DNA from: Candidatus Aminicenantales bacterium
GTDB taxonomy: Bacteria > Acidobacteriota > Aminicenantia > Aminicenantales > UBA4085
Length of the DNA stretch: 64,000 bases
Direction: 5' to 3'
Assembly: GCA_049515535.1 (NCBI GenBank)
Contig: JBEKTZ010000001.1
Location: forward strand, 206,599 to 270,598
Shown here piece after piece: positions 26,451-37,195 of this stretch. Each line of letters opens with the position of its first letter. Within the stretch, counting starts at the first letter, position 1. The position numbers were made by a program, and so were the translations under genes. The notes beneath the pieces are model-generated. The model was not told the origin of the DNA. It saw only the letters and a list, made by a program, of their open reading frames with translations, and ran no database searches.

Positions 26451-27785
26451 TCATTGTTTTGTAAAGTACCGCCCCAAGGGAACATACTTTATCTGGGTAT
26501 CTAATTGCATGGGATCAATGATGCGCCAACAATCTATGACGGTGAATGGTTTGCCCGGCTTGTATGCTTCAATTGCTTGTTTGTAGTCTTTCAGCCGAGT
26601 AGCAACAACATATATCCGAGATTGCTCTAGGCATTCTTCTGCTGAACCTGCATACTCGATAGCGTCACCAAACACCGTTCGCGTATTGGCCATCGCCAAG
26701 GGGTCAAAGACTACCACACTCAGTCCTTTCTCCAATAGAACTTTTATTAATTTAATCGAAGGCGACTCCGTGATCACCGGGGTATTGAGCGTAAATGCCA
26801 ACCCAAGAATACCGATTCTCTCGTCATTGAATTCATCTGCTTCTCTTAACACAATTTCGGACAGGTGATTATCCTGATAACTATTGACGCGGGCGGTCGC
26901 CTGGACAAGATCAGCCGGGCTTCCATATTTCTCGGCGAGAGAGATAAAAGCTTTTGTGTCGCGCGGAAAACATGTGCCACCGAAACCTAACCCACCCCGA
27001 AAGTAATGGGGGGATATACGCTTATCCGCCCCAATGGCTTGCGTAATTGCATCTACATCTGCGCCCGGTATTCGTTCGCATAGATTTGCCACGGAATTAG
27101 CAAAGCTGATCTTAAGCGTAACGAAAGCATTTACACAAACTTTGGCGATTTCGGCGTTGACCACAGACATATGCGAAATTTGTGGCTTATTCTCGCACAT
27201 CTTGCGGTGAAGGGCTTCTAAGCGCTGCCCAGCCTCTGCTGAAGTCTCGCCGATTACAACTAAATCTGGATTCAGGAAGTCTCTTACAACGTTCCCCAAC
27301 GCAACGAAATCCGGGTCATAGCACACTTCAAAGTCAACGTGTAATCTACGACCTGAATATTTCTCCAGCAGGGGAATGAAACATTCGTCCGTCGAGCCGG
27401 GCATTACCGTACTGCTGATGACAAACAAATGGCATTGCTTTTGGCTATTCTTATAAGCCGTTGCGAGCGACTGTAATGCTGATTCGATATATTGATTGGA
27501 AAAGGTGCCATCTGATTTGCTGGGCGTGGCTACCAGCACAAAGGTTATGTCACTTTGCTCAATGGCTTCTCGATGGTTGAGCGTCGCTCGCAAATTCCTA
27601 CCCCCATTCCTGGCAACCAAAACATCCAACCCCGACTCGATAATCGGGGTGATGCCATGATTGACGTCATCAACCACATGTTCGTCAACATCAACACCTA
27701 TAGTTTCAAATCCCTTATCGGCAAAGCAAGCTGCGAGACACAGACCGAGTTTGCCTAAACCTACTACAGAAAGACGTTCTGCCAA
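26451..27785 (-). CDS. UDP-glucose/GDP-mannose dehydrogenase family protein (catalytic Cys present)
   Basis: VVGLGKLG, VATPS, SSTVMPG, AEIAK, GFGGTCFPRD. Confidence 0.92.
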   Translation of the reverse strand: MAERLSVVGLGKLGLCLAACFADKGFETIGVDVDEHVVDDVNHGITPIIESGLDVLVARNGGRNLRATLNHREAIEQSDITFVLVATPSKSDGTFSNQYIESALQSLATAYKNSQKQCHLFVISSTVMPGSTDECFIPLLEKYSGRRLHVDFEVCYDPDFVALGNVVRDFLNPDLVVIGETSAEAGQRLEALHRKMCENKPQISHMSVVNAEIAKVCVNAFVTLKISFANSVANLCERIPGADVDAITQAIGADKRISPHYFRGGLGFGGTCFPRDTKAFISLAEKYGSPADLVQATARVNSYQDNHLSEIVLREADEFNDERIGILGLAFTLNTPVITESPSIKLIKVLLEKGLSVVVFDPLAMANTRTVFGDAIEYAGSAEECLEQSRIYVVATRLKDYKQAIEAYKPGKPFTVIDCWRIIDPMQLDTQIKYVPLGRYFTKQ

Positions 27786-28024
27786 GTTCTGTCCTCCAAA
27801 GTTGAATAGGTTAAAAGAGAAGTTGAACGGGAAAAGATACTGGAACTTATAGTTGGAGTTTTTCTTTTTGTATTGTTCTCACTTCTATCTTAGGGGAGAA
27901 CTGATCCAAGTATTTAGCACCTTACATACGGATTCGAGATTAGGCCCTGGAAATTCTTCTAATTTGAGCTCGCCGTTGCGATAGGATTGGATGATTTGTT
28001 TCACTGATCCCTGTCCAGAATCAG

Positions 28025-29149
28025 CTAATTGTCGTTTACAGACTTGGGGGAGGCCAATTGCTGGTACATTTGAATAAGGTGCTTCAAATTCAGCTCTCCT
28101 TCGTGGTCCAAGTTGCCTCGCCGATTTTGAGGCGGACGAGAGGCAGTTAACACCGTTTCAAGTTGCACTTGCAAATCATCACTATCGCCAGGCCTGAACA
28201 GGACAACGCCGGGAGGACGATACCCGACATCACTAGCAATTACAGGCAAGCCTTCTAGAAGGGCTTCTCGCACTGACATGGAGTCACCCTCGGAGTGCGG
28301 CGTTCGGACAAACACATCTGCGCGACGCAGCAAGGCCATGACGCTGGGCACGTTATGCAAAACTAGGACATGTTCCGTCAAATACCGGTTCTCAAGGAAT
28401 GCGTGGAATCTCTTGGTAAACTCAGTATCCCCACCTTCTTTGAAGATTAACAACAAACCAAGTCTTGGATATAACCGCCGGAGTCCGGCAGCAGCTTGAA
28501 CCAGTTCCATCGCACCATAATGGGGATACCATGCAGTAACCGATACAATGATAGGGCGATGTGAATCACAAAAAACAAGAGCGCTGTCTGGCAGGATGTC
28601 GGCAAGCGCGTCTTCGCCAGATCTCTGTGGTAATGCGTTGGAGATTACGAGGATGCGCTCACTAGTAACGCCAAGCTGTCGGAGAGCATGTTCATTCTCG
28701 ATATGGCATGCTACCACTTTGCTGGGTAAAGATAAAATAATTTGAAGGAGCTTTTGCTTTAGCCACGTGCTCGAACTGACCACTTCGGGTAGCTCTCCAC
28801 CAACTATAGACAGAGCACTGGCTTTGCGGGACAGACGGGCCGCCAACAGGGGTAACGCATTAGCCATCAAATTGAATTGGCTGCCCGTTATACAATGAAC
28901 TATGTTAACGCCTGCCCTGCTGACACGTACCGATGCCAGTAGGAAAGACACAAGTCGCTTAACACCCCGCCACGGCCCATCACGGGCAGAAGATAGGGCA
29001 ATTGGCCGGCATTGATGACCCTGAGACATAATGCTGGCTTTCAGCCTACTGCAGTATGACGCCATACCACCATAAGGTGGTGGAAAAGGGCCTACCAAAG
29101 CAATCCGCAATACGCTCCCCAAAGCCATCTGCCTATGAAGTCGTTTCAA
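28025..29149 (-). CDS. Glycosyltransferase family 4
   Basis: GPFPPPYGGMA, EGDSMSVREALLEGLPVIASDVG. Confidence 0.88.
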   Translation of the reverse strand: MKRLHRQMALGSVLRIALVGPFPPPYGGMASYCSRLKASIMSQGHQCRPIALSSARDGPWRGVKRLVSFLLASVRVSRAGVNIVHCITGSQFNLMANALPLLAARLSRKASALSIVGGELPEVVSSSTWLKQKLLQIILSLPSKVVACHIENEHALRQLGVTSERILVISNALPQRSGEDALADILPDSALVFCDSHRPIIVSVTAWYPHYGAMELVQAAAGLRRLYPRLGLLLIFKEGGDTEFTKRFHAFLENRYLTEHVLVLHNVPSVMALLRRADVFVRTPHSEGDSMSVREALLEGLPVIASDVGYRPPGVVLFRPGDSDDLQVQLETVLTASRPPQNRRGNLDHEGELNLKHLIQMYQQLASPKSVNDN

Positions 29150-30080
29150 AAAACTGGTGTCGCCACAAGTCCATCAAATCTCTCAAGCTCTCCTGCAATG
29201 AGACAGCTTGCGACCATCTAGTAACATCTCGCAACTTAGTCACATCACCATATTGGATCGGCACATCCCAAGCCGTGCGCCGTTGGGCTTCCTCCAGCAC
29301 CTCCACCTTCATCGGCGTCAGTTCGAACAATGCCTCCAGCACACCCCGAATAGGGGAAGCTTTTCCGGAACAGACGTTATATACCTCCCCTGGTTCGCCG
29401 TGCTTCGCGACCAACCAATAAGCCCGCACTGCGTCACGTACGTCCACAAAGTCGCGCGCCGATTCCAGATTGCCCACTTTCAACACCGGCGGGCGTAACC
29501 CTCGCTCGATCTCGGCGATCTGGCGAGCGAAGGCAGAACATACCAACGCATCCGGCTCGCCCGGACCGGTCAGGTTAAAGGTTCGGGTGCGCACGACGGC
29601 CAGGTTGTGACGGTAAACATACTGCGCAGCCAGCAGGCTTTGGGCTACCTTGCTGACTCCGTAAGGACTGAGCGGGCGCAACGGATGATCCTCCCTGATC
29701 GGCAGTTCATCCGGACGAACCAGTCCATATTCGGCCGACGAACCGGCGACCAGTACGCGCGCTTCCGGCCGGGCCGCCACTAGCGCGTCCAAAACGTTCT
29801 GCGTGCCGAGCACGTTGACCGCCAGCAAGTCAGTCAGTGATTTGCTCTTGGTCAACGCGGCCAGGTGAAAAACGTAATCCGGCTGAACCTGACCGACAAC
29901 TTCGGCCACCTGCGCGGCATGGATGATGTCGCATGCGTGCCAGGTAATACGCAAATCGCTGGGCGGCGGGACACCCGGTCGATCCAGCCCGTGAACGATA
30001 AGCCCTTGTTCCTGTAAATGACGGGCTAGGTGATGCCCCACAAACCCGGCCGCACCGGTGACCAACACCCGTTCGGTCAT
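29133..30080 (-). CDS. GDP-4-keto-6-deoxyhexose reductase (Rmd)-like extended SDR
   Basis: VTGAAGFVG, GSSAEYG, PYGVSK, RTFNLTGPG, SAFARQIA, VGNLESARDF. Confidence 0.8.
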   Translation of the reverse strand: MTERVLVTGAAGFVGHHLARHLQEQGLIVHGLDRPGVPPPSDLRITWHACDIIHAAQVAEVVGQVQPDYVFHLAALTKSKSLTDLLAVNVLGTQNVLDALVAARPEARVLVAGSSAEYGLVRPDELPIREDHPLRPLSPYGVSKVAQSLLAAQYVYRHNLAVVRTRTFNLTGPGEPDALVCSAFARQIAEIERGLRPPVLKVGNLESARDFVDVRDAVRAYWLVAKHGEPGEVYNVCSGKASPIRGVLEALFELTPMKVEVLEEAQRRTAWDVPIQYGDVTKLRDVTRWSQAVSLQESLRDLMDLWRHQFFETTS

Positions 30081-30835
30081 GACTCTACTCCCGGCAAAAA
30101 GAGGGTCCGTTCTCGCTGGAATAGATCGACCGCCTGAACGTAATCCTCTTGCCGTCCAATATCCAGCCAGTAGCCATCGAACTGATAGCCTATAACCGGC
30201 AATCCCTCCGCAATCAGTGCCTTGACCAGTTCGGGCAGATCAAACTTTTGGCCAGTCGGGATATAGCGCAACACCTCGGGCTCCATTACATACATCCCCA
30301 TGCTGACCTGATAATGGAGGGTCGGCTTTTCCACATATCCGGTGACGCGGTTAACGTTGTCCGTTTCAATTACTCCCAGATCAAGATGGACCTCTTTGTC
30401 GAACAAACCCACTGTTGCCACAGCGCCCTGCTCACGGTGAAAGCGCACCATCGCGTCATAGTCCAACGTCGTCAACAGATCACCATTCATAACCAGGAAC
30501 GTGTGGTCCAGGCCGGAGACCAACGTCAGCGGCCCGGCCGTGCCCAGCGGCGTCTCCTCGCGCGAGTAGCAAATACGCACCCCCCACTTGCTGCCGTCCC
30601 CAAAGTAGGCCTCTAGCAGGCTGGCCAGGTAGCCCACTGCCAGGGTGATGTCTCGGATGCCAGCGCGCCGCAACTGGCGTACCACAACCTCCAGAATCGG
30701 CATATCGTCAATAGGCATGAGCGGTTTAGGCAGGATCGTCGTGTAGGGAGCCAGCCGCCGTCCCGTTCCGCCAGCCAGGATTACTGCTCTCACATTATCC
30801 ACACTTGACGACGCGTTGATTTGTCTGGATGTCAT
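30077..30835 (-). CDS. Sugar-phosphate nucleotidyltransferase
   Basis: AVILAGGTGRRLAPYT...PKPL, PLGTAGPL, NGDLL, WLDIG; start trimmed to the ATG overlapping the upstream stop. Confidence 0.9.
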   Translation of the reverse strand: MTSRQINASSSVDNVRAVILAGGTGRRLAPYTTILPKPLMPIDDMPILEVVVRQLRRAGIRDITLAVGYLASLLEAYFGDGSKWGVRICYSREETPLGTAGPLTLVSGLDHTFLVMNGDLLTTLDYDAMVRFHREQGAVATVGLFDKEVHLDLGVIETDNVNRVTGYVEKPTLHYQVSMGMYVMEPEVLRYIPTGQKFDLPELVKALIAEGLPVIGYQFDGYWLDIGRQEDYVQAVDLFQRERTLFLPGVES

Positions 30836-31794
30836 TATTTCTGTACAGCAGACAGGGGGGGCTTGCGCAGAATGTAGACAATCCGATGAGATAGGAATTC
30901 TTCCAAAAACGGTAGTCTCATCAATATCCGGCTGACAAGGGGGACGACCCGCAGAACGGGTGCCCGTTTGACAATCTGTCCAGCGCCGAGCAGCGGTAGC
31001 CTGCGGTCCAGCACAACCTGCCACTCCATCTCGTGAACAAGACACCGGAATTCGTTGACCTCCATCCCGTTGATAGTATTACAACGCTCCCAGGGCTGGA
31101 GACAACGGCTGCTGCGCGCGTACCATCTCGCTTCTTCACCCCGTTGATCCAGGACGCCATTATACGCTTCTATTAAGTCCTCTCCGGAGAAGAACCAGTG
31201 TAAACAAGGAGTCAATGTCACCATACTCAAGTGGTGTTCAGTCGGGTGAAAATAACCCGGGAAGACTAAAAGCAACATCCCTCCTGGTCGCAAAATTCGA
31301 CAACACTCACCCATCACCTTACGCACACTCCGGACGTGCTCGAAAACATCAAAACTCAAGACGACGTCAAAACAGTTGTCGTTGAATGGCAGGGCCTCAC
31401 CAATAGAAGCGGCAAAATGCGCATTAACCTTTTTACTGACAGCAAATCTTTGGGCCGCTTGAACGTATATATCGCGCACATCTACCCCGTACATCCTCTC
31501 AATGCCGTATCGCTCCATCCAGGCAATCGCTGCACCTCCGGCAAAACAGCCCAGATCCAACACAGTACTGCCCTTCAAGAAAGGGGTCAGATCAAGCCCA
31601 AAGTAGCTCTCAAACGGATTGCGCCGCTCTAATTCGTAGCGGGACGATGAGAGCCTGTGCATGATCTCTTGACGTTGGGCCGGAGTACCGTGGGAGAACA
31701 AAGTGTGATCGAACACCTCGTGTCCGAGGGACGTCTTCTGGTCTGGAAATCTCTCGCGCAACTGCATCAACCTCCTGATGATGGCTTGTTTCAC
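30835..31794 (-). CDS. Class I SAM-dependent methyltransferase
   Basis: VLDLGCFAG, LPFNDNCFDVV, FEHV, LRPGG; GTG start at 31794 with GGAGG SD. Confidence 0.88.
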   Translation of the reverse strand: MKQAIIRRLMQLRERFPDQKTSLGHEVFDHTLFSHGTPAQRQEIMHRLSSSRYELERRNPFESYFGLDLTPFLKGSTVLDLGCFAGGAAIAWMERYGIERMYGVDVRDIYVQAAQRFAVSKKVNAHFAASIGEALPFNDNCFDVVLSFDVFEHVRSVRKVMGECCRILRPGGMLLLVFPGYFHPTEHHLSMVTLTPCLHWFFSGEDLIEAYNGVLDQRGEEARWYARSSRCLQPWERCNTINGMEVNEFRCLVHEMEWQVVLDRRLPLLGAGQIVKRAPVLRVVPLVSRILMRLPFLEEFLSHRIVYILRKPPLSAVQK

Positions 31795-31807
31795 ACGGAC
31801 CTCCAGC

Positions 31808-32803
31808 CTATATTTCGTAATGGCCGACTTGGTAAAGTTCCGGATTGTCTTTGATCCATTCCACCGTTTTACCAAGCCCTTCATCTAGTAATACGCGCGG
31901 TTGCCACCCCAGCAGTTCACGGGCCAAGCGATTGTCCGAGATCAGTCGGTCGACTTCGCTGCCTGTCGGCCGCTGTCGGATCTCATCCTGACACACTCGT
32001 AGCTCCTTGCCTAGAATCGCTCCAATTTTGTCAACCAGATCACCAACACTGACCTCGGTTGAAGTTCCCAAGTTGATGGTTCGACCTATAGCCGCATCAT
32101 ATTCTGCTGCCTTGATGAATCCCTCGACCGTATCTGTGACGTAGGTGAAGTCACGCCGGGGTGTCAAATTGCCCAGAGAAATCTCGTCGCCAGCAAGAGC
32201 CTGAGTAATGATAGTCGGTATGACAGCCCGGGCCGACTGGCGGGGGCCGTATGTGTTGAAGGGACGCAGGATCACCACAGGAAGACTGTAACTGCCGAAG
32301 AAACTCTCTGCAATCTTGTCTGCGCCGATTTTGCTGGCTGAATAAGGCGACTGTCCCTGTAAAGGATGGTTTTCATCAATCGGCGCATAACACGCCGTAC
32401 CGTAGACTTCACTGGATGACGTATGAATGATGCGCCCCACGTCGGACTCACGAGCAGCCATCAAGACATTCAGCGTACCAGTCACGTTCGTGTCAATCGT
32501 CTCCCTGGGATGAACGTAGGAGTATGGAATACCTATGAGCGCGCCTAAGTGAAAAACCACGGCCGTGCCCCGCATAGCCTGCACAATGGCATCGTAGTCG
32601 CGCAAATCGCCGCGGATGATTTCGATGGAAGCGCGGATGTTTTGATCCAGCGTATCCAGGAAGCCGGCCTGCGGGCGAGACGTGTAACGGACGAAGGCGC
32701 GCACTCGAGAGCCCAAAGCGGCCAGCCGCTCCACTAAGTGACTGCCGATAAAGCCGCCGGCGCCGGTGACAAACACGATCTCATTCGACCACGTTTTTCT
32801 CAT
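31808..32803 (-). CDS. NDP-sugar 4,6-dehydratase (LegB-like)
   Basis: VTGAGGFIGSHL, LGALIGIPYSY, TSSSEVYG, QSPYSASKIGAD, RPFNTYGPRQS. Confidence 0.85.
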   Translation of the reverse strand: MRKTWSNEIVFVTGAGGFIGSHLVERLAALGSRVRAFVRYTSRPQAGFLDTLDQNIRASIEIIRGDLRDYDAIVQAMRGTAVVFHLGALIGIPYSYVHPRETIDTNVTGTLNVLMAARESDVGRIIHTSSSEVYGTACYAPIDENHPLQGQSPYSASKIGADKIAESFFGSYSLPVVILRPFNTYGPRQSARAVIPTIITQALAGDEISLGNLTPRRDFTYVTDTVEGFIKAAEYDAAIGRTINLGTSTEVSVGDLVDKIGAILGKELRVCQDEIRQRPTGSEVDRLISDNRLARELLGWQPRVLLDEGLGKTVEWIKDNPELYQVGHYEI

Positions 32804-33834
32804 CACGTGTTCCCTGATCCCGCGGCGCCACCTTTTTGTGCAACGACCCTGAGTCCACGCCCTACAGGCCACGTCAGTGGGCTGAGCGCCTGAACTATCG
32901 CGTTCACAGCTCGAACGGCAGAATTGCCGCCTGCACCACCTGCATGGGCATAAATCCGGTATCTGAAGCCGACCTCGCGCAGTTGGTGGTCCAGTTCACA
33001 CGGATAGATGAGACGTTCGATATACTGTGCTATCATCGGATGTACCGGACAAGCCTGGCCGTACCGATAATACGACTTCGGCAGGGTATGACTTTCCTGG
33101 TAAACACGGGCAGCTTCCAGCACTTGGGCTTTCGTGTACCCGAATGTGCCGGCAATCAGGGCTATGACTTCGTCCGCTGTGAAATCCGGAAATTCCTCCT
33201 GTACGATATTTGCCCGCAACTCACGATATGGCATTTCGACCTTGTGGTGATAAATGGGGCCCGAAGGCCCATTCTCGAAACGATCCCAGACTCGGTGTGT
33301 GCTCCAAACACGCCAGGGGTTGGCGCCGTTATTGCCATCTGATATAAACAGTATCCCGCCCGGCTTCAATACCCTCCACGCTTCCTGAAGAAAACCAGGG
33401 ATGTCATAATAGTGTGAAAGTGCCTCATTCGACAGCACAAAATCGAAACTGTTGCCCGGATAACCTGTCTTAACCACATCCCCCCACTTAGGATAGATGC
33501 CCTTTACAGACGGCAGGAAGGTCAAGAACTTGGCGAAGGTATTCACCATGGGCTGGAAGATCTCAATGCCATGAACCTCCTGCGCCCCCATCAAGGATAT
33601 GAGCAGAGAGGGGATTCCAAAGCCACATCCTGCGTCCAGAATGATCTTGCCTGCGGGTTCAATGCGGGCAAGATTGAAGTTATCGTCGAATGCTCGGACG
33701 ATTTTCAGGAGTTTTTCCTTGCGAACAAGACTCCCATGATAATCCCAGAACCAGGGAATATAATCTTGCTTGTGACTGGGGTCAAGGATAACAGACAAGG
33801 CTCTTGCGAAAGCTTCGACCACTACCGGCCGCAT
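32803..33834 (-). CDS. Class I SAM-dependent methyltransferase
   Basis: ILDAGCGFG, SFDFV, RVLKPGG. Confidence 0.88.
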   Translation of the reverse strand: MRPVVVEAFARALSVILDPSHKQDYIPWFWDYHGSLVRKEKLLKIVRAFDDNFNLARIEPAGKIILDAGCGFGIPSLLISLMGAQEVHGIEIFQPMVNTFAKFLTFLPSVKGIYPKWGDVVKTGYPGNSFDFVLSNEALSHYYDIPGFLQEAWRVLKPGGILFISDGNNGANPWRVWSTHRVWDRFENGPSGPIYHHKVEMPYRELRANIVQEEFPDFTADEVIALIAGTFGYTKAQVLEAARVYQESHTLPKSYYRYGQACPVHPMIAQYIERLIYPCELDHQLREVGFRYRIYAHAGGAGGNSAVRAVNAIVQALSPLTWPVGRGLRVVAQKGGAAGSGNT

Positions 33835-33858
33835 TACTCCACCTCTATAGCTCTCACA

Positions 33859-34821
33859 TCAAACTCTTGACTTCAGAGAGAAAAACCACTCTACCGTTCG
33901 CTTCAATCCTTCTTCCAGTGACATTTTCGGTCTGTAACCTAGTGCCGTAAGCCGACTAATATCCACCGACCACTTGTCCGGGTCACCTCGGCGAACCGAA
34001 CCACTGTAGTTAAACTTGAGTTGCACAGCCATGACACGGCACAGCGTCTCGGCCAGCTCATGGATGAAACACGCCCGACCAGACGCTACATTATACACTT
34101 CGCCTCGCAATACCCCACACTCCGCTACTAGCATCATTGCGCGAACTGTATCTTCTACATAATTGAAATCACGCATCTGTGTTCCATCGCCATGAATAAA
34201 CAATTCATATGGGTTTTGCACGATTTTCTGAATCAAATCGTACACTACCTGTTTGTATTGTCGGGGACCATATACCGAGAAGAAACGCAGCAATGCGGCC
34301 CGCAGGCCATAAAGCTGACTGTACACAGCAATGTACCGCTCCGCTGCCAACTTGGCCACACCGTAAGGGGAGATAGGTACTGTGGGATCGTCCTCATGAA
34401 TCGGCATGCGCACCGGGTCGCCATAGACGGCTGCAGACGAGGCATAGAGCAACACGCCCGGCCATTTTAACGAACGCAGGACCTCCAGTAAGCGAAAGGT
34501 GCCCGCTAGATTTATTTCGTAGTCCCAGGCCGGTCGTTCCACCGAAGGGGGGACGTAGGCATTGGCTGCCAAGTGGAAGATGACGTCATACTGCTGTCCG
34601 GAGAGCACTTTTTCCCAAGCCACTTGACGGATGTCCTGCTCATGCACCTGCACCGCACCGTCTACGCTCAGTAGGTTCTCGCGACGGCCCGTGCTCAGGT
34701 TGTCTACGACCATAACCGCCGCGCCGGCGGTTGCCAATTGCTCTACCAGATGCGAGCCGATGAAGCCAGCCCCTCCGGTGACCAACACCTTCTTATTTAT
34801 CCACGGACTTTGTATAGGCAA
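33859..34821 (-). CDS. NAD-dependent nucleotide-sugar epimerase (UDP-glucose 4-epimerase-like)
   Basis: VTGGAGFIGSHL, SSAAVYG, PYGVAK, RDFNYV. Confidence 0.92.
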   Translation of the reverse strand: MPIQSPWINKKVLVTGGAGFIGSHLVEQLATAGAAVMVVDNLSTGRRENLLSVDGAVQVHEQDIRQVAWEKVLSGQQYDVIFHLAANAYVPPSVERPAWDYEINLAGTFRLLEVLRSLKWPGVLLYASSAAVYGDPVRMPIHEDDPTVPISPYGVAKLAAERYIAVYSQLYGLRAALLRFFSVYGPRQYKQVVYDLIQKIVQNPYELFIHGDGTQMRDFNYVEDTVRAMMLVAECGVLRGEVYNVASGRACFIHELAETLCRVMAVQLKFNYSGSVRRGDPDKWSVDISRLTALGYRPKMSLEEGLKRTVEWFFSLKSRV

Positions 34822-34823
34822 TG

Positions 34824-35990
34824 TTACATCTCCTTCTTTTCAAGCAAATCTCGGTAGGCCTGGACCGTTTGCTCCGCTACCTTGTCAGCCGCAAATCGTT
34901 GCCTCGCGATCTCCCTACCTGCCTGGCCCATGCGACCTTGCTTGGATTCATCCCTCAGCAACTCTATCATCCGGTCAGCCACGCCCTTCGTATCTCCTAC
35001 ATCCAACAGGTAGCCTGTCACCCCGTCTTCTATCATCCAGGGAATGCCACCTACCCGCGTAGCAACTACTGGCTTGCCAGCGGCCATCGCTTGGGCAATG
35101 GCCATAGGAGCTGTCTCCTCAATAGAGGCCATCACCACCATTGAGGCAATAGAATATGCATCTAACAATGAAGTTTGTTCCACCCGATCCGAAATTATAA
35201 TGCTATCCCATAGATTACGTGCAGTGATTTCGTCCTTCACACGTTCGAAGTATCGAGGATCGGTCACGCCGCCGATCAAGCGTAAATGGGCTTTAGGAAT
35301 ATGCTCAGAAACCATGCCAAATACCTCGATCAGCCCAAGGACATTTTTACGCTCCGATATAGTACCGACCCAGAGAACAGTCGGGTTCTCAACCTCATTA
35401 GTACCTTCAATTCTGAAGAATTCGTCGGCGATGGGATTAAAGATTGGGTAGATACTCTTGCCCTCTAACCATAGTGCCAGCAAGGTTGGAATATAGTCTC
35501 CCGCGTTAGAAACGATACCTTGAGCCTTTTGGATGCTCTGTCTGGCAATCCGGGGGCCAATCCACCGGCGATAAATGCCTGCAACACCCCTGAAATGGGT
35601 GGCCCTGCGCATCCAAGGCACAAGCGACTCTACTCCATGTATGGCAAGCAGATGGCGATGGTCAGGGGATACGGCTAGGGCATACTCGGTAAAGCCCTGA
35701 GTGTGAATAATATCAGGTTGAATCTCCCGGTACACTTTTTTTACTCGCCAGGCGTCCACCGTCGCTGCTCGGAGACTATATAGTCTGTGTCCTGTTTTCA
35801 GCCAATGAAAGGTAACCGACCCGCGTCGTTCTGTACAGCTTCGTGAAATAAGGCTGTTACATGAAACAACATGGAGTTCTATGTCATCCCGCTTGCCCAG
35901 GGCTTGGGTGAGATAAAGCGCTACGGCCTCCACACCACCGCGAGGTCGGGATTCGTCGTAGGGATAGATAGTGCCCAACACAACTTTCAT
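34824..35990 (-). CDS. Glycosyltransferase family 4
   Basis: GGVEA, EETAPMAIAQAMAAGKPVVATRVGG. Confidence 0.9.
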   Translation of the reverse strand: MKVVLGTIYPYDESRPRGGVEAVALYLTQALGKRDDIELHVVSCNSLISRSCTERRGSVTFHWLKTGHRLYSLRAATVDAWRVKKVYREIQPDIIHTQGFTEYALAVSPDHRHLLAIHGVESLVPWMRRATHFRGVAGIYRRWIGPRIARQSIQKAQGIVSNAGDYIPTLLALWLEGKSIYPIFNPIADEFFRIEGTNEVENPTVLWVGTISERKNVLGLIEVFGMVSEHIPKAHLRLIGGVTDPRYFERVKDEITARNLWDSIIISDRVEQTSLLDAYSIASMVVMASIEETAPMAIAQAMAAGKPVVATRVGGIPWMIEDGVTGYLLDVGDTKGVADRMIELLRDESKQGRMGQAGREIARQRFAADKVAEQTVQAYRDLLEKKEM

Positions 35991-37159
35991 CTATTGATCG
36001 CTCTCCTGTATACTTCAATAGTCTTTTTAGCGATTATCGCGGGAGCGAACCTACTTGTGGCAACCTCGCGAGCATTCTGTCCCATCCGATAGCAAAGATC
36101 CGGCGATTGCATCAGTTCAACAAGGCGTATCCTCAACGCCTCTTCATCTCCGGACTTGACCAGGAAGCCGGTATAACCATCTTGAATCATTTCCGGGATT
36201 CCTCCAACATTTGAAGCAACCACCGGTTTGCCTATAGCCATGGCTTGAGCAATTACCATCGGCGAGGTCTCTTCACGAGAGAACAATACCAACACACTGC
36301 ATGCCCTCATTCGATCCAGCAGCATAGTGTTGTCAACATGCCCAAGAAACTCAATAGAGTCGCCGAGTTTCAATCTCCCCACCAATTCTTGTAGCTGTGA
36401 TGCGTAAAGCGGATCAAGGGTCGGTCCGATGAGCGTTAGTTGCGCATTATCCAGCATGGACCGGGCCGCTTCAAATGCCCGAATGATTCCTTCAATGTTT
36501 TTTCTGGGCAAAATAGATCCGACAAATAGGATCTTCCGATACCCATTATTATTATTCCAGTTTCTCTCAAAGAACTCGGAAGAAACCGGGTTAGGAATGT
36601 ATACTCGTTGACCTCGTATAAGGTTTCCAACGGCTTTCATGTCATAAGCACTTGTAGAGATCACCATCTGCGCGCACGCTAGCACACGCTTGGCCATAGT
36701 CTCGATTAACCGAATTCGATATCGGTCAATCAGGCCACCACGGGATTGTAGGCGGGCTTCATTGTGTGTCAGGCCATGCACTGTCACTACCGACGGGCGG
36801 CCCATGCGAGTTGCTATGTCCCCTTGTATCCCTATTCCCTGACCGTGTACGATATGTACATTAAGCTCTCGAGCAATACGACGTGCATATAATACATCCA
36901 GGATAGCGCGGGTCGGCAATTCTAAGCGGTTCTGCCCCCTTGCATAAATCACTTTGAGTTTACTGCTAAGACCGCGCCGCTCGACTTTAATCGGGCCTCG
37001 AGCGAAACACAAGACAATCACCTCAGCAACTTCCCGTTCCGCGGCCAGGGAAGGTGCGAGAGTGCTGATTACCGCTTCCACACCTCCAACGATCTTCCCA
37101 CTTTGGCGCGGATATGGGCCAATCAGCAAGATTTTCAGTCCAGACTGTGCATTCACCAA
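35987..37159 (-). CDS. Glycosyltransferase family 4 (similar to neighbouring 34824-35990)
   Basis: GGVEA, EETSPMVIAQAMAIGKPVVASNVGG. Confidence 0.9.
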   Translation of the reverse strand: MVNAQSGLKILLIGPYPRQSGKIVGGVEAVISTLAPSLAAEREVAEVIVLCFARGPIKVERRGLSSKLKVIYARGQNRLELPTRAILDVLYARRIARELNVHIVHGQGIGIQGDIATRMGRPSVVTVHGLTHNEARLQSRGGLIDRYRIRLIETMAKRVLACAQMVISTSAYDMKAVGNLIRGQRVYIPNPVSSEFFERNWNNNNGYRKILFVGSILPRKNIEGIIRAFEAARSMLDNAQLTLIGPTLDPLYASQLQELVGRLKLGDSIEFLGHVDNTMLLDRMRACSVLVLFSREETSPMVIAQAMAIGKPVVASNVGGIPEMIQDGYTGFLVKSGDEEALRIRLVELMQSPDLCYRMGQNAREVATSRFAPAIIAKKTIEVYRRAINR

Positions 37160-37195
37160 TTACACCTCGGGCCAAAGCGATGGCATTCAAGGGAT

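Noticed and set aside
31808..32803. Legionaminic/nonulosonic acid pathway
   Set aside because: Only a LegB-like dehydratase and a nucleotidyltransferase are present; no synthase, hydrolysing epimerase or CMP-transferase.
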